A DNA stretch of 63,882 bases, the filler included, from Dicyema japonicum (taxonomy: Eukaryota; Animalia; Dicyemida): NCBI GenBank assembly GCA_011109175.1. It is 6 parts of 6 records of this genome, joined end to end, with 100 filler letters (N's around TTAATTAATTAA, not from the genome) between each part and the next. Parts side by side here need not be neighbours in the genome. Positions count along the whole stretch, not along the records: positions 15,473 to 32,026 come from RDEW01000011.1; positions 32,127 to 44,636 come from RDEW01000066.1; 4 more parts are not named here. The stretch is one strand, 5' to 3'. The translations under genes were made by a program, and so were the position numbers. Under the pieces are notes generated by a model. That model saw nothing but the letters and a program-made list of their open reading frames with translations. It was not told the origin of the DNA and ran no database searches. This document shows, one piece after another, positions 24,138 through 38,199 of the stretch. The stretch's first letter is position 1. Each line of letters begins with the position of its first letter.

Positions 24138-26380
24138 GATAATTGCACGGGATGCGAGGGCTCCGGCCCGGAAAATCCTTTTTAGCCTAGTCAAAACCGA
24201 TGTGCTTACTGTATTGAATGCAGCCATTGCAAATTTTATGACTGCTCAAAGACCCAGGGTTCTTAAAAAAGTAACAGACATTATATTCGCAGAACATATG
24301 TTGTTGTACGTGAAAGTTACAAACATCGAGTACATGGAAGGAGAATACTGAAGGAAAAGTTTTGTCTCCTTAGTGACTATGAAGACTAAAAGAGTATGGA
24401 GGATAAAGAAATAATGATGAATATACTTGCATCTTATGGATATAAGAAATCACGAAGGGTAATTTGCCATAGTAGTTGCAGCCATTACAGACAAAACTAT
24501 ACCATTTCAGGTTTAAAGTGGGTCTTACCAAAAGCAAAGTGGAACAAAAATTATTTTTTTGTTATAGGATGAAGATTAATTTCAATTGCAAAAGTTTCGA
24601 GATCAATTGCAGAAGTGACTAAGCAAAAACCTATATATTTGCATGTCTGTGCAAATATTTCATTTTTTTATACATATGCCTGCGCAAATAAAAAAGTCTG
24701 AAGCTGCAATTAAGAAAAATCTTATTATCGGGGCTTATGAGGGAGATGGTGACTGGAGGGAACTTGCAAAATCTCTCGATGTTCCGAAAACTACTACTTA
24801 TCGTTGGTTGAAAAAACAAACCTGATCAGCGAGGGCGTCAAAAGCAAAAAAATTTCTTGATAAACATAAAGATTATTGTGTTGAACAGCTCGAAATTAAC
24901 CCTAGGATTACTCTTGAGACCTTGAGAATTCTTTTAAATTCTAATTTCAGCTTAAATGTTTCAAAAGAAACCATTCGAGTCCACTTGGACGGTGCCTGTT
25001 ATTTTTTGAAAGATATCAGGTATGAACCAGAGAAAGGCAATAGTTAATTAAATAAAGAAAAAAATTATTACTTCATTATTGGAATATCAATCGGAAGAAA
25101 TTCTGATATTATTTATGGATGAAACAAATCTCAACATGCACAAATCTTATAAAAAGGGTCGTTCATAAAAAGGAACAAGGGCTAATGTCGTTGCAACAAT
25201 CGGAGGAAATTCCAATATTATTTATGGATGAAACAAATATAAACATGCACATATCCCGTAAAAAGGGTCGATCAAAAAAAGGAACAAGGGCTAATGTCGT
25301 TGCAACAAGTTCGCGAGGTGCCAATGTACATTTCATTGGTTGCATCGGGTCCCTTGGATTGTTGCATTATGAATTCAAACGTGGATCCTTTAATAAAGAA
25401 TCCGCCCATGAATGGGTGAGAATTTGTCTACGAAAAGCCAGGGAAGTTTACAATTTTCCAGTAGTGCTAGTAGTAGACAATGCTCCATGCCATTCAGGAA
25501 TTGAAGAAATTGTCAGAGATAATGAATTCATCGGAAATAAAATTTTAAGATTGGGTCTTTATAGCCCTATGCTCAACCCAATTGAGAATATTTGGTCAGT
25601 TTTCAAAGCTGATGTAAAAGACACATTGCTACAGATATGAAAAATATTTTGGATGGTGTGAGACAAGAAGCTTTGTCAACTACGGAGTTTCGACTTCAAA
25701 AGTTAGAAGAAAGTATGATTAACTCATTATGTATAATCACTCCATCTCTATGCAACACAGTAATTGTTAGAATTCAGAAGTTGGCCCCATCGGTGTTAAA
25801 TAATGATGACATGGTTTATTAAATAATTTTTGTTCCACTTTGCTTTTGGTAAGAACCACTTTGATTTTGTTAAGACCCACTTTGATTTTGGTAAGTACCA
25901 CTTTGATTTTGGTAAGACCCACTTTAAACCTGAAATGATATAGAGTACTGAAAAAAAGACTCACAATTCATGAGTCGAGAATAGCATTCAGGAATTATGT
26001 GCTCGAATTAAACAGGAGATTCCATCGAAGTCTTACCAGTGATGCTCAGCATACTGTTTGTCAATTGGGAAAAGATGAGTGTTTATCTTTTTGGGAAACC
26101 GTGTGGGAGAAAGCTGAACGTCAGAGATCTTTCAACGTTGTCGAAAAATGTATAACTGGAGTGGAAGAGTCTCCAGTGGATATAACACGTGACTTTATCA
26201 AGAACATAATCGAATGTTCACCGAATTGGAAATATCTGGTTGCGATGGTTTCTATTGTTTTTTAGTCAAGAAATTTGAGGACCTTCACGATATTTTATGT
26301 GATGATCTATTGAAAATTGTTATTCACCGGACATGTGGCTTAACACTGGAGTTATGATTTTAAGTGCGTGTTTTCATTAA
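24138..26380 (+). mobile_element. R4/Dong-like non-LTR retrotransposon fragment, interrupted by an IS630/Tc1 element
   Basis: IHESRIAFR..ELNRRF, FWETVWE, SPNWK, GCDG; frame ITDKT|RVLKKR restored when 24500-25940 and one TA are removed; related short piece at about 22870-23020. Confidence 0.65.
24500..25940 (+). mobile_element. Full-length IS630/Tc1-superfamily transposon (DD35E), pseudogenised
   Basis: TIRs TACCATTTCAGGTTTAAAGTGGGTCTTACC / GGTAAGACCCACTTTAAACCTGAAATGATA, TA TSD, motifs FMDETN, VDNAPCH, YSPMLNPIE. Confidence 0.92.
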
Positions 26381-26659
26381 AACCTTTTTATGTAGAGATT
26401 AACATCATTGTACTTAGAAACTGGTTATGCATTAATCAAAAATTCTCCTTTATCAGGAACCACCTATTGATACTCAGTCACAATTCCTTGACTAATATTA
26501 AACGATCCACTGTCTTTGGCTTTCATCAAAATCATATATTTATTAAATTTCAAATTAAGTGACGTTATTTTTAATCAGTGCATTCCATCTCAATGGTTTT
26601 ACTTGATAAACAGCCAAATATTTGCTTCTGCTTTGCTCACTTGTTAAAAATAATAATCA

Positions 26660-27025
26660 TAAATTTTTACATAGAAATTCTTTTTTCTCTTCACAATTAT
26701 AGCCCATTTGCCTGTTCCGCCATATATAAATGAGCACTCCCCGTTCTTGTCTATTTCTTCTTTACCCCAGAAAGTTAATGCCTGGAAAATATATTTAGAT
26801 GGTCACTTGAGTCTTTCCATACTAGTTGACTAAGAGATTGTCATCTCTAATGGAATCATATTTTATGTAGAAACCCTTTATTTTACTGGGGATATAAAAA
26901 TTGTCTAATTCCCGGAAAATAACTGCACCAATTATAAAACTATTCTTCTGGTTATCGATCACAGCAATAATCCCACCAAATTCCTGGCGCACCTTTTTGT
27001 CCTCGGCATAGATTATTAATAGCAC
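26660..27025 (-). pseudogene. C-type lectin domain remnant
   Basis: QEFGGIIAVIDNQKNSFI, TFWGKEE..GECSFI..GKW, then CEEKKEFLCK after a frameshift. Confidence 0.6.
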
Positions 27026-28519
27026 TTTCGAAGAACCAAAAAAGTAATTTATTTAATTAAGGTTCCGCTTGTGCCGTATTTTTCTTCAGGTTATTCTTTC
27101 TTCCACAATTTTCTTGACTAACTTCCTCCATGCTCCTCGGTTACAGGCAGTTATTCCGAGNTTATATTTGTTTCTTCTTCCCTTTTCTAATAGAGTGGCG
27201 TCATGTGATCACCCAGTGCCAGGGTCGCACGCAAAACGTCTTTATGTTTAATGCTGCTTGTGTGATATTGAAAGGACTTTGTTTCTGTGACAATGGGAAC
27301 TGGATAAACTTAATTAGTTGTTTACTATTGACTTCTTTATAGGTGGATGTTTCTTATATTAGGTTGGTGGTTCTGCAGATCAGAATCTCAGGATTTAAGT
27401 GCTTAAGTAACAACGTAATCCTAATTGGAACTCAGTAAGTGGATATAAAGGACTACAACAATTTTGGAAACTAAACTGAGGGAATCATTGAGTGGTGGTT
27501 AATGTGTTGTAGCCTGTTGAAAGGGTTACTATATTCAGGTCACTTGACGAAATAAAATCAGAAGAATTTTCTGTGGTGGACTGATAATTCTGATTGTGGG
27601 GTAGAATAGTATTACACTATCAAAACATAAGGGGAGGTTTGTACCAACACACAAGAATGCCTTATATTCGCAAATTCTCTTTTTACATTAGATTGCATAA
27701 TGTGATCATAATTTCCTCGATTCTAAATCGATAATATGTCAGTCCAGAGACGCCAGAGCTGCGAGGTGAGAANAATACTCAGCCATAATAATCTCATTCT
27801 CAATTCAGTTCCTCAAATCACACTTCTATGAAATAATAAAAACGTGGTATACAGCTATGCTCTCCTGACGCCATTCGCTTCTCCAGAGAGTTGCAAGTAT
27901 TCTTCATAATCCTTTCAGTATCCTCATCCATCTTCATTTTCAAGTATTCCATCACCGAGACCACTATCAGTTCCTCATGTTCTTTCAGCTTCTCCTTCTC
28001 ATCATTAGTTTACACAACTCTCCTATGGAGGTACACCATTAGTTCATCCCCTCTGAGTGCCTCAATATCTCCCATAAGAGAGTTAACATATTTACTATTT
28101 TTTTGAGTTTCAATAGTTTGAGGTCTCACATGTATCTTGTAACTGTTAAGTATTTGTAGTGAATTTATTGGAGAAATGACTACAGTTAAAATAATAGATT
28201 CACTCGTGGAGGGTTGGGTTCATGTATGTTATTGTGGTTGCTTCCATTCCTGCCGCGGTGAGTGAGCTAGTAACTAGTCCAATTTAAAAGGAAAGTCCGA
28301 TACCAAGTGCTTCGTAAGCGACAACAACCTACAAAGTCGTTTACATTTAAAAAAATTTATTTGTTGTTAATTTTAAATAAATAAATTATAATTTAAATAT
28401 CAATTATAACTTATACCTTAAGAGTTTCTTCTAAATGAGTTCAAGGATTCTAATGTTGTTAGCGTGGTGTCATGTGGCTCACCATAAAAGGTGTCACTTA
28501 TTCCAAAAAAGAACGAAAN

Positions 28520-28750
28520 GCTGCTATGAACAACAGTGTCATGCGAACTCTTGAAACTGCAGGCTTCCCGGCAGTACTAGAGCCTGTGGGATTGGACCGC
28601 GGAGATGGGAAAAGACCGGATGGGTTAACTATCTTTCCGTTCACTGAGGGAAAATCGCTCGTATGGGACTGCACTGTTGTGGATTTTTTCTCGAACTCGA
28701 TGATACTCAGCTCGGCGCAGTCTGCTGGATCGGCGGTACGAAAAAAGCCA
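28520..28750 (+). mobile_element. CRE-clade RLE fragment
   Basis: LEPVGLDRGDGKRPDGLTIFPF.EGKSLVWDCTVVD. Confidence 0.88.
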
Positions 28751-28859
28751 ACAGCTTCTCCTCACCGTCCGGTGGTCTCCTCAACTCGTGTGTCTTCAAC
28801 CTTATCTGGTGTCGCCATTTGTCCAGACTTCTGATAACCGAGAGAACTCATTGCAAATT

Positions 28860-29540
28860 ATCTTACTGACCTGATTATACTGAACAACCCTAACTCACAT
28901 ACGAGGACTCCATTAAGGATGACTGATAGCTGCACATCCCCCGACCTAACACTATGCTCACCTTCCCTGGCTGGACTCATTTCCTGGAACGTCTTTTACA
29001 GCTTCTCCAGTGACCACAATCTAATCCTTCTAAAATTAAGAGGTCTTCGACGATACAGGAGACGGCCGGCGGAATCAAAAAGATTCAAGGATTATGCGAA
29101 GGTAGACTGGTCCGGTTTCAGTGACCTTGTGGATAAATTCCTGGCCCGGAGATTATCCTCCCTAGTACGCTCTATTGATAAGGCCGCAGAAATTTTCAGC
29201 GCTGCCATTCAGAAAGCTGACCATATTTTTACTCCTGTATCGTCATACAAGAAGTTTATTCCTACCCTCAGCTCTTATACAATAAGTCTTATAAAACAAA
29301 GAGACCGGTTAAAGAGATGCCATCTGATGGACCTGGAGTCCTTGACAGCCTTCAGACAACTCAATAAAAGGATCTGTCAGAGCATAAAAAACATCTAGTT
29401 AACCACCTCGACAGGAAAACTTCATCCCGACATTTCTGGGAGGTAGTTGATGGTCCTAGGTCCACCGCTACATATTTGGCTACCCCATCGCAGTTCATTG
29501 CCGACGGTTTTAACACCCATCCCCCGCCTCACAAACGCAN
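28860..29540 (+). mobile_element. LINE APE endonuclease C-terminal fragment
   Basis: SPDLTLCS, SSDHNLI, DYAKVDW. Confidence 0.8.
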
Positions 29541-32500
29541 AGAGGATGAACCGTTTAGTCAATGTAAGTGGTGGATTATCAAAGATGTTGTCTTTAAACT
29601 AAATCTATGAAAGATAGTTGAAATAAACTCTTTTAATAATTCCATCTCAAACAAAGAATAAGTCTTTTTTTTCAAAGATATTTGTTAGTGTTGATGCTTT
29701 AGCAAATTATGACCCTTTGAGGTTTTTTGTGGAGACTGTTGATGACATATCCACGAATATCTCAGATTTATAGAAACATCAGATTTAAGTCAAAAGTTAT
29801 CAAATTTTGCTTTGAAGGTTTGTAGTTTAAAATAAATCTCATTCCTCTTTCAGACAGACTTGTTTAAGTTGCTCAATTCGAGTCAGACTGGAGTTGAACC
29901 CAGACATTTGTGAATTCGATTATTTCTTATTTTAAAACCTCGGGTCTTCAATCTCTTCAACGTCTATTGAGAAGGGAGACAAGAGGCTATATCACCTTGA
30001 CTGGACTAAGAACTAGAATGTACTAGAGCTAACCCATAGTGCACTCGAGTCACGTGAAAATAATGAGATCTCCTAATGATCCTAAGGTTATAAAGAATTT
30101 AGTAATAACAACTTTGAAATATTTTGCTTCATTTAAAAAGATCAAAGGAAATATATATGAGACACAGACATCTCAAACAATGACATCACTGCGAATTTAG
30201 AAAAAATATATTGAAGAATGAAAATAGTAATTTAGATAGAAATGGTAATAATTCTACATCTTTAAGAAGATCCCTTGGTAAAAGTCATGAGGTCAGGATT
30301 GATTTCGCACATGAGGTGGTGGGGGATTTAGGAACTTGCATTTGAATGTTATATTTCAGACTGGGAGGCTGAATTTGCGAATACTAAATTGTTTGTTTTC
30401 TGCCTGATTGATATTTACTTTGATCTTTTCGTTATCACGTCAATCAAATGTGATAGAACGCATTTATTTACTTCTGTCCCTTCAAGTGAAAAAAACCAGT
30501 GGTTAATGAACGTACTTCCACGTGGTGACATTTTCCCAAATATCATTCAAATATTACATATTACAGAGAAATTGGAAGGCGGAAGAACAAGAGAAAACAA
30601 TGGAAAAGGGATCAACGACCGATTGTAGAGAGATCCAACTTCTTTAAGACATGTCTGGTTTTCACAGTAGGAGTGAACACATCCTTCCGAGCATAACGCG
30701 GATTCAAATCCACCGTTGTGTGAACCTCCTGGTGTAGGGAAGAAAATGATCCTATTTAAAGTTCGATTAAGCACAGAGCGTCTCCCGAATTGTGATATAT
30801 CATCCAATCATCTTAGATCATTATAAAATCAACCGAAATAATCACTTATTTTTTTCTTTAAAAAATGGTCCACTTTTACCAGAACTCTTGCATTTCCGAT
30901 AAGAGACTCTAATTGATGACTCAGTAACTTTTTGGAATTAAATCCTGCACTTGTTCCACAAAAATCTCAAAACCTCATAATGACTCCACATATAATATGG
31001 CTGACTAACAAACCTTTTTGTTAAATGCTTTATTGTTTACAACATGAACATTCTAATTTCTATATGAAAAAGTCCTGTCCTGTAAGAAAGCCATAAGCGC
31101 TTCGAAATAATGTCTTTTTTTCTAAATATAGCCATTTGTCGTCAGTTGGTCGTGGTTGAGCATACCAATGAACAAAAAAGTAGCGCATTACTCCCCTTTA
31201 AATCCCTTTTACAATATTGAGCTCCCCAATTTTCTTTTAGTTATAGTGTAATCAAATTCACCACTTTCCGTAGTCAGATGGGTATGCCACACTCGTAATA
31301 AGATCAAAATCCAAGACTCGCATCATAAAAAGAAAAGATGCCTAATTAGAAGCCTTAGAAATCTCTTCAGAAAGCCTGTAGAACTAGGAGCCATTTTTTG
31401 TTATCTAAACGTTCATTTTTCCACGAGGTTTTTCGACCTCTCCAGTGTACTATGACAGATTTAGTTATTTCAGCTTCCCTTACTAGCCGGACTCCCTACG
31501 TAAAAATCAATAAAGTCGGTGGATCATATGGCTACACGGTGCTATAGGATAAAAGAAAATTCTCAATCTGTCAATTGTCAATTTTTAGAGAGTTGAAATC
31601 CGGGCGGACGCATCCATAAAGACAGATACTCACTTCAGGTTCAATAAACCTGATATTTTTGTCCACGTGAAGAATAAAATTGTAATTATTGGAATAGGAA
31701 TTACTTCTCTTGAAATCCGGGCGGACGCATCCATAAAGACAGATACTCACTTCAGGTTCAATAAACCTGATATTTTTGTCCACGTGAAGAATAAAATTGT
31801 AATTATTGCAATAGGAATTACTTCTCACAGGATTAATGAATTACACTGAAGTAGAAAAGTTGAAAAAATACGATTTAATTGCTAGAGAGCTAAAACTACA
31901 TACATTCAATCCGTTGTCCTTATGAATACGCTGGAGAGCATATTGTTGGAGTATAAATAAGGGGGTGCGCACTATCGATAAAGATTTGGTTCATCAACCA
32001 ATCAAAAAATCAGTTCAATGACGTTCNNNNNNNNNNNNNNNNNNNNNNNNNNNNNNNNNNNNNNNNNNNNTTAATTAATTAANNNNNNNNNNNNNNNNNN
32101 NNNNNNNNNNNNNNNNNNNNNNNNNNTTCCGGATCGAATATGGAAACTCTAACAAAAGCGATAATCGAAAATTTGGTAGTTTTTCAACACTTATATCAGA
32201 ATGTTGGCAAGGATATTCGACCATTGTCTTTAAGATATAAGTTTCGTGTCTATGACGGTCAATAATCGCTATAACTTTGTTCCACGAGTACTGGTGCCCA
32301 AACACAAATATAGAAAGGTTTAATCTCACTAAAATAATTGCAGAATGTGGCGAGTGCTAAATGGCGGCATTAGTCGCATTCTGAGCTCCTCCAGAACTTT
32401 TGAGGCTAATGGAATAAGTAGAAATTATTTTCTCCCTTCATATTCATACATGAAAAGGGGAGAATTTTTTTTATTCTAAATATCTTCCATCTGGATAAAT

Positions 32501-33229
32501 GTTGAAAAGATCATGGTTATCCAGAAAAGGACGTACAAAATGACAGTGTAGTTGATCACTGGAAAAAAACAACTGCCATCAAAAACTAGAAATTCTAATT
32601 CGTCTAAGGTTGTGGACTAAAGGGAAGAATACTGAGCCAAGTTGAAGGCTCTATGGACGTGTAATTAGTTATGGTTTTTACTTGCAGTCTTTTGGAATAA
32701 ATCATGTTATATTTCCTCATCAACTAAGGAATATTTGAAAATATTTATTGAATGTAAAAAGTTTGCACACGACAGTGGAAGATGGAACCGCTTTTTGATT
32801 GTTTCTACCACTATAATGGTTTTCCGTGTACACATATTAATAACTAGATGAGCAATTCTGTTTACTTACAGACGCCTGACTCACGCGAAGGGTTTACGCG
32901 CATTTCGCATGCTCATTTCCAGAGGAAAAGCTTAATTGTCTTTATAATAATGTTTTGTTTGTCGTCAACTTATATTTTGTTATATATAACAGTTCTACTT
33001 GTAAGTACTACAAATACTTTATCATAAAAAAAATCTGAGCTACTAATCGTTTTATCTTACCATGGTCAAGACAACTAGAATCATAAACAAGAATTTAATA
33101 CTTAGCCCCCTCCCATTTTAGAAACAGAAATATACTATCAGATTTCATTTGTAAGGTAATCGAAACTTAATTTTCTGCTAGAAATCAAATTCGCCAGGTC
33201 CTTCTATATTATTTTAGAGACAACTCCGC

Positions 33230-33395
33230 CGAACAAGAGAAATTGCATTTAACCCCAATCACCTACAAAACCTCTGGAGCGATGGAAGAATTAGTAAAAA
33301 AGTCATCAATGAAACCAGAGACCCCCATACAAACACATGGCTCTCTCGTGGAATACGGATCGCAATCGTCCGGGGCAATGTTTACTGACTGTAGG
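33230..33395 (+). mobile_element. Degenerate CRE-clade C-terminal fragment
   Basis: PITYKTSG then ETRDPHTNTWLSRGIRIAIVRGN in shifted frame. Confidence 0.65.
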
Positions 33396-33566
33396 CTCCT
33401 TCAATGTCGATTGAACAAGAGATCACCCTAGCCGTACACAAAAAGTTCTGTCTAGAACAGTTACCTGTATATATGCTAGAACACTTCTATCCACTTTCAA
33501 CCACCAAAAGCACCCCCGTGTATTCGATACCCCAACATAAGGAATACCAATAAATGAAACAAAATA

Positions 33567-34433
33567 TTAAATGTTCAAATTGACAGCAGCTTTGTGCATT
33601 TTGTCCATCATTTTAATAATGCCTTGTGAGTAATAGAATACTACCATTAATGATCAATGGTTGGATAGTAAAGTCGGGTAATATTAGCTTTGGGTCATCA
33701 AAATAAGTAAAGACAAACTGAAATCCAGGCTGACAATAAATATGTAAAATAACCAGACAACTAGAATTATGTGGAATAATGATCATTTCTGAATAATAGT
33801 TATCAACAAACACAGCATCATGATCATTGGATGGGACTTCACTCACTGACTTTGACATGACAATAAAGTATTCCTCATCATCTCCAATCTTCAATAATAA
33901 TAATCACAAACCATCACTTGTCTCTCATATACATACTCACGTGTCCTCAGTGGATACTAAAATATATTATTTAGTACAAACAGGAAACTTTGTGATCCAC
34001 CTTATTATCATTTTTGAATCATCCCTCACTATTTCTATCAAAATGACATTGTCATCCCATTCATTGCGATATTTCAAATCAACGTTGCAATCAAAGAAGG
34101 CCTTGGCTGATACGTCATCAAATTTACCATAAACTGAGCTTACTACACCAACTACCTTTATATTCATAACAATTGTTGACCCTCCTTCTCCAAACATTCA
34201 TATTACTATCACTGAGTATTAGTCTCCAATCATCATAATTGCCTGTCTCCAAACATTTTATTTCCTCTTTAATACTTTTTACAATTTCTCTTTAATTAGT
34301 TTTATTGTTACTCATTACAAGTCATCCCTATTCCAAACACACAAAGCCGGCACTTACTCACTAGGTTTTTACGACATGATGATCCCACATTACACAGTAA
34401 TACACAAAGCCTCCTCAATCTACGAAAAAGCAT
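33567..34433 (-). CDS. STARD7: START-domain lipid transfer protein STARD7/PCTP-like with Arg-rich presequence, 6 introns
   Basis: MLFRRLRR start, VWRR..[53 protein letters not shown]; intact. Confidence 0.85.
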
Positions 34434-35387
34434 GCAACATTAATATTTTATTTATTTATTATATTTTAAATATTATTTTTAATTCAGTTTTTATGAAAAA
34501 TAATGTTATTCTCTTTATGATTATGGTGGTACTGTTTAAAAAAATTAAAATTAATTCCAAAGACCACTGTTAAACCGAAAAAACTAAACTAAGTGATCCC
34601 GACGAATTGGGTCAAGGTTTGACTAATCGATTCAAGATTTCTCTTTGTTTCTTTTGTTTTTGTTGTCCCCTTTTACTATAGTAGCATCATGTGATCCACC
34701 TATCTAAGGTGGTACTCAGTGGCACTGTGGATGAAAAAGTATTATTTCCTCTCCTGGAAGGGTTCCCACAATTGCAAAGACGACGTTTTCTTCATTTTCG
34801 ATGGTTCTGGATAGAATTGTGTGACATTGGAAGAACTATCGCTCATGTGACAGTGGCTACTGGATATACTTAATCAGTTGTTCACTATTTTCTCGTTTTA
34901 TCCTGGGTTAATAATAATTCCTCCCAGCAAAGATTTGAGGATATCACACGAACCGTGAAATATACATTCAACATGGTGATTCTTTGGTCCTCGAGAAAGG
35001 CCTAAGCGAGGATAATGCTGTAAGTCAATTTGAATGACTCTTTGATTGTTCAAAAAGATATCCTTCATCGACAGGGTTTCCTTTATAAGCTTGCATTATT
35101 CACACAGAAATTGGACCTAGTATCACACAGAATTGGAAAGACAGGATTACTGAAGAATAAAAACAACGATCACTTAATTTGACGATAACTCTTATCTTCT
35201 TTTTCGTTGTTTTATGGTCAAATAGAAAACGAAATATATTGGAGTTATAAGTAAGAATCCTTTTCTGCCGATAGTCAGTCTTCAAAAACTTAAGATTTGG
35301 TAAACACCTCGTTAACCCCTGACATCAATGGCACATGATATACTGGATCTTGAGTTATGCCAAAGAAAAAAACAGATTCAAAAAAAA

Positions 35388-35459
35388 GGGCCTCGCCGGG
35401 AATTAAACCCGGGACCTCTCCCTCCCTAAGAGAGAATCATACCACTAGACCACGAGGCC
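35388..35459 (-). tRNA. tRNA-Pro(AGG), variant T-loop
   Basis: GGCCTCG TGGTCTAGTGGTATGATT CTCTC TTAGGGA GGGAG AGGTC CCGGG TTTAATT CCCGG CGAGGCC C: cloverleaf followed by an oligo-T terminator. Confidence 0.88.
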
Positions 35460-36899
35460 ATTCTTATTAAACAAAAAAGCTAACTGTTCTTTTCACAGGG
35501 AAACAATTTCTTTTCCTTGCGACGAGCTGTGGAATCGACATTAGCTCCATGGACAGCGTCCATTGTATCAGTGAGTGCTCTGCTGGAACGCGTCAGGATC
35601 AAGGAATTGGTAGGTTTGACTTTACACTTGATCTCTGTAATAATTTTGTTTATTATCCAGCTCTCATCATGCCATTTAATTTCAACCTCTTTAAATCCTC
35701 CACTGGATTACCCTTCACTGCCTTGTTTTTTAACAGGCAACGTGTAGGTTTACATATTTTTCTAACTTTGGAAACCTTCGGGCGTGAAACTCTTCTCTGA
35801 TAATCTCTAAACCTGTCTCCTTACCTGTTCCCTTAATTTTCTATAGAGATCTTGCCTATGTCTTACCACTTCTATCACTACTCTCATTAAACTGTACTGT
35901 CTTGGGAAGACTACTTAAACCGGTTATATATGTTCTGTTCTCTTCAATCAGAAAGAAAGTAGATCAAGTCCGTCTAATTGCTCTGGCTTTGTCTACAAGG
36001 ATTTAACTGCCTAGACTGCAGGAATTCTGTTCCCGTTGTTTCAATTTCCTAAGACTTTCGCGACTCAATATATGTCTAGAATGTAAAAGAGCAGCCTATT
36101 CCGTACCCACCTTCCAATATTGCACAAATTAGTGCGATTGTGTTAACTTAAAAATCGCTATCGATACCACAAGGAAAATAATATTCAGGTTTAGAAAATT
36201 GGTCAACCGAATTCATTTGTCCTCCAAAGTTTCTTCCCTACATTTGCTACAGTTATTGAGGGTACTTGGATAGTGCATTTAGAGACCTTGGACTCTTCAA
36301 TTCTGATTTTTATAAACAATCTTCCCCTTTGAAACGTTCCTGACAGCCAGAGTGTGTTTATTAGTTCTCCAATGACGGAACGTGTGACGAGACACTTCAT
36401 GGTTACAAACACTTCCCGATAAGTTTCTCATTTGGCTGTGCCTTCTTTACATACCTCCATGTTTCTCGATTCATAGAATCATATATCCTCTGGAGACTTT
36501 CTCAAAATGGTAATCTCATTTTTCCCATTTCCACACATCCGCAATGTTAAGGTCACACTTCCGATTAAATAAGGTGGTTTGGTATTTGTTCCAACCTGAA
36601 TGTTTAACTTACTAAACGTCTATCATAGTGCGATCCGACGTGGACAAAATTCCTAGTTGACTCTCAGAAAGGTCATGTTGGGTGGTTTTAAAGGTATTTG
36701 GTCATGGCTTTGTAAAGGGGGTTGTTAGGCAGAGTAGCTGCCCTCATCAACTTCAGTTTACGTCCAATCGAAACTGCTTCCAGATAGGCGGATACAAAGT
36801 TTCGGCCAATGCTTCCTGAATTGCAGAAAGTTTAAGGAGAAGGAAGGTTGAAATGGTCATTGATCACAGCTAACTTGCATCGGTCTGCAAGAAAATGCG

Positions 36900-37400
36900 G
36901 TCAATGATTCAGCTCCTTTCTCTTTATCCAACTTGCGATGTGCGATCCGATACGGTTCAGCAGAATTAGTGATCTTCTTCTTATGAATCCGATGTTTCCA
37001 TGGCGACTGGTTTAAAGATGAACTGTCCACCGAGACATTCATATTTCTTCTTTAGCGTTTCAGCTTTTTCTGGGTTAGTTGCATTGCAAGGTTTGAGGAA
37101 GAGTGATTACCACACAGGTGGCGTCTGAGGCAACGTATCTACCACTTTCATGTGAAGAGTTGTTTCGTCAGGTCTTTTGTTGGCTGGGGCCGGCACTAGA
37201 GGCTCCACTGTATGGGGAATCCGGCGGCCTCCAGTCTTCATGCAATAACTCCGTTGGTTGCACTGTGTCTTGGACTCTTTGCACCACTCCCCAACCAGGA
37301 GAAAACGTGAGGACCTTTCGCGTCTACCATTTCTCCACATTTACAGAGATGGATCGCGCAAACCATAATTCTCGTGGCGTCGTAATCCAATAGTGTCCCA
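36900..37400 (-). mobile_element. Degenerate CRE-clade Zn finger-RLE fragment
   Basis: CKCGEMVDAKGPHVFS..PRHSATN..LEAAGFP, FIFKPVAMETS. Confidence 0.7.
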
Positions 37401-37542
37401 AGTAAGGTGCATGTTAATGCTCTGAACCATCCACCACTTTCGCTCCTCCATGCATTAGCCTGTTAGTTATCCCAATATTAATTACCAAATTAAAAAAAAT
37501 AATCATAAAATAATATTTAATATCAAAAAAGTAAACAAATTA

Positions 37543-38199
37543 TTAATTCTTCAATCCCAATCGCTTAACTTGCAAATCACTCAAATATAATTGATAATCC
37601 TTCTCCTGTTGAGATAAAAAGTGCTCATATTCAATTGGATTTATGTTTGGAACCACTTTCACACCAATCCTCCTTGCAGTCCTCACAACAGTCGTACATA
37701 TCCTTTCCAAAGTATGTCCTCTAAGGAAGCTATCAGAAGACTGAACCAGTCCAATCTCATACACGTGCTTTAGAGTTATCATTCCCCGACAGTATTCCTC
37801 TATTCGTTAACATTATGTACCACCAGGTGCTTCCGAGTAAGGATCGATTCCTGCAGCCAGTTTTATTAGAAAATCAGCAGGAGGAGAGTGGAGGAGAATG
37901 TTCCAGGTTCTGTCAGGCTCAAGTAAGAAAATAGTGATACATTGATGGAAATTGTAGTTGGTATGGGGTAACCGACTTTTAGGTGTTTGGTCTTACTGTT
38001 AAAATCCTTGCAGAAGGCAGCAATTTGAATATTCCTCTGTGGGGTTAATGAAAGAATGTACTGATCCCAAGGCTGGACCAAGTGGGGGAATGGGAGCAGC
38101 TGATGCTGCGGGAATGTTAATTGTAAATGGTTTTGTTCCGTCAAATTTAGAGTCCCTTAGATTTTTCATTATCGTTAGTTTCTTTATTTGTTTAGCCAT
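37543..38199 (-). CDS. MRPL11: Mitochondrial ribosomal protein uL11m, 3 introns
   Basis: [56 protein letters not shown]. Confidence 0.93.

Noticed and set aside
25835-25925. Regular 21-bp repeats as a CRISPR array
   Set aside because: No unique spacers or cas genes; part of the transposon TIR
37150-37185. Hammerhead-like CTGACGA/GAAAC on minus strand
   Set aside because: No stem II; lies in decayed CRE coding sequence
1849-38199. Global stop-codon reassignment
   Set aside because: Six intact genes have no internal stops, and TAA, TAG and TGA all serve as terminators
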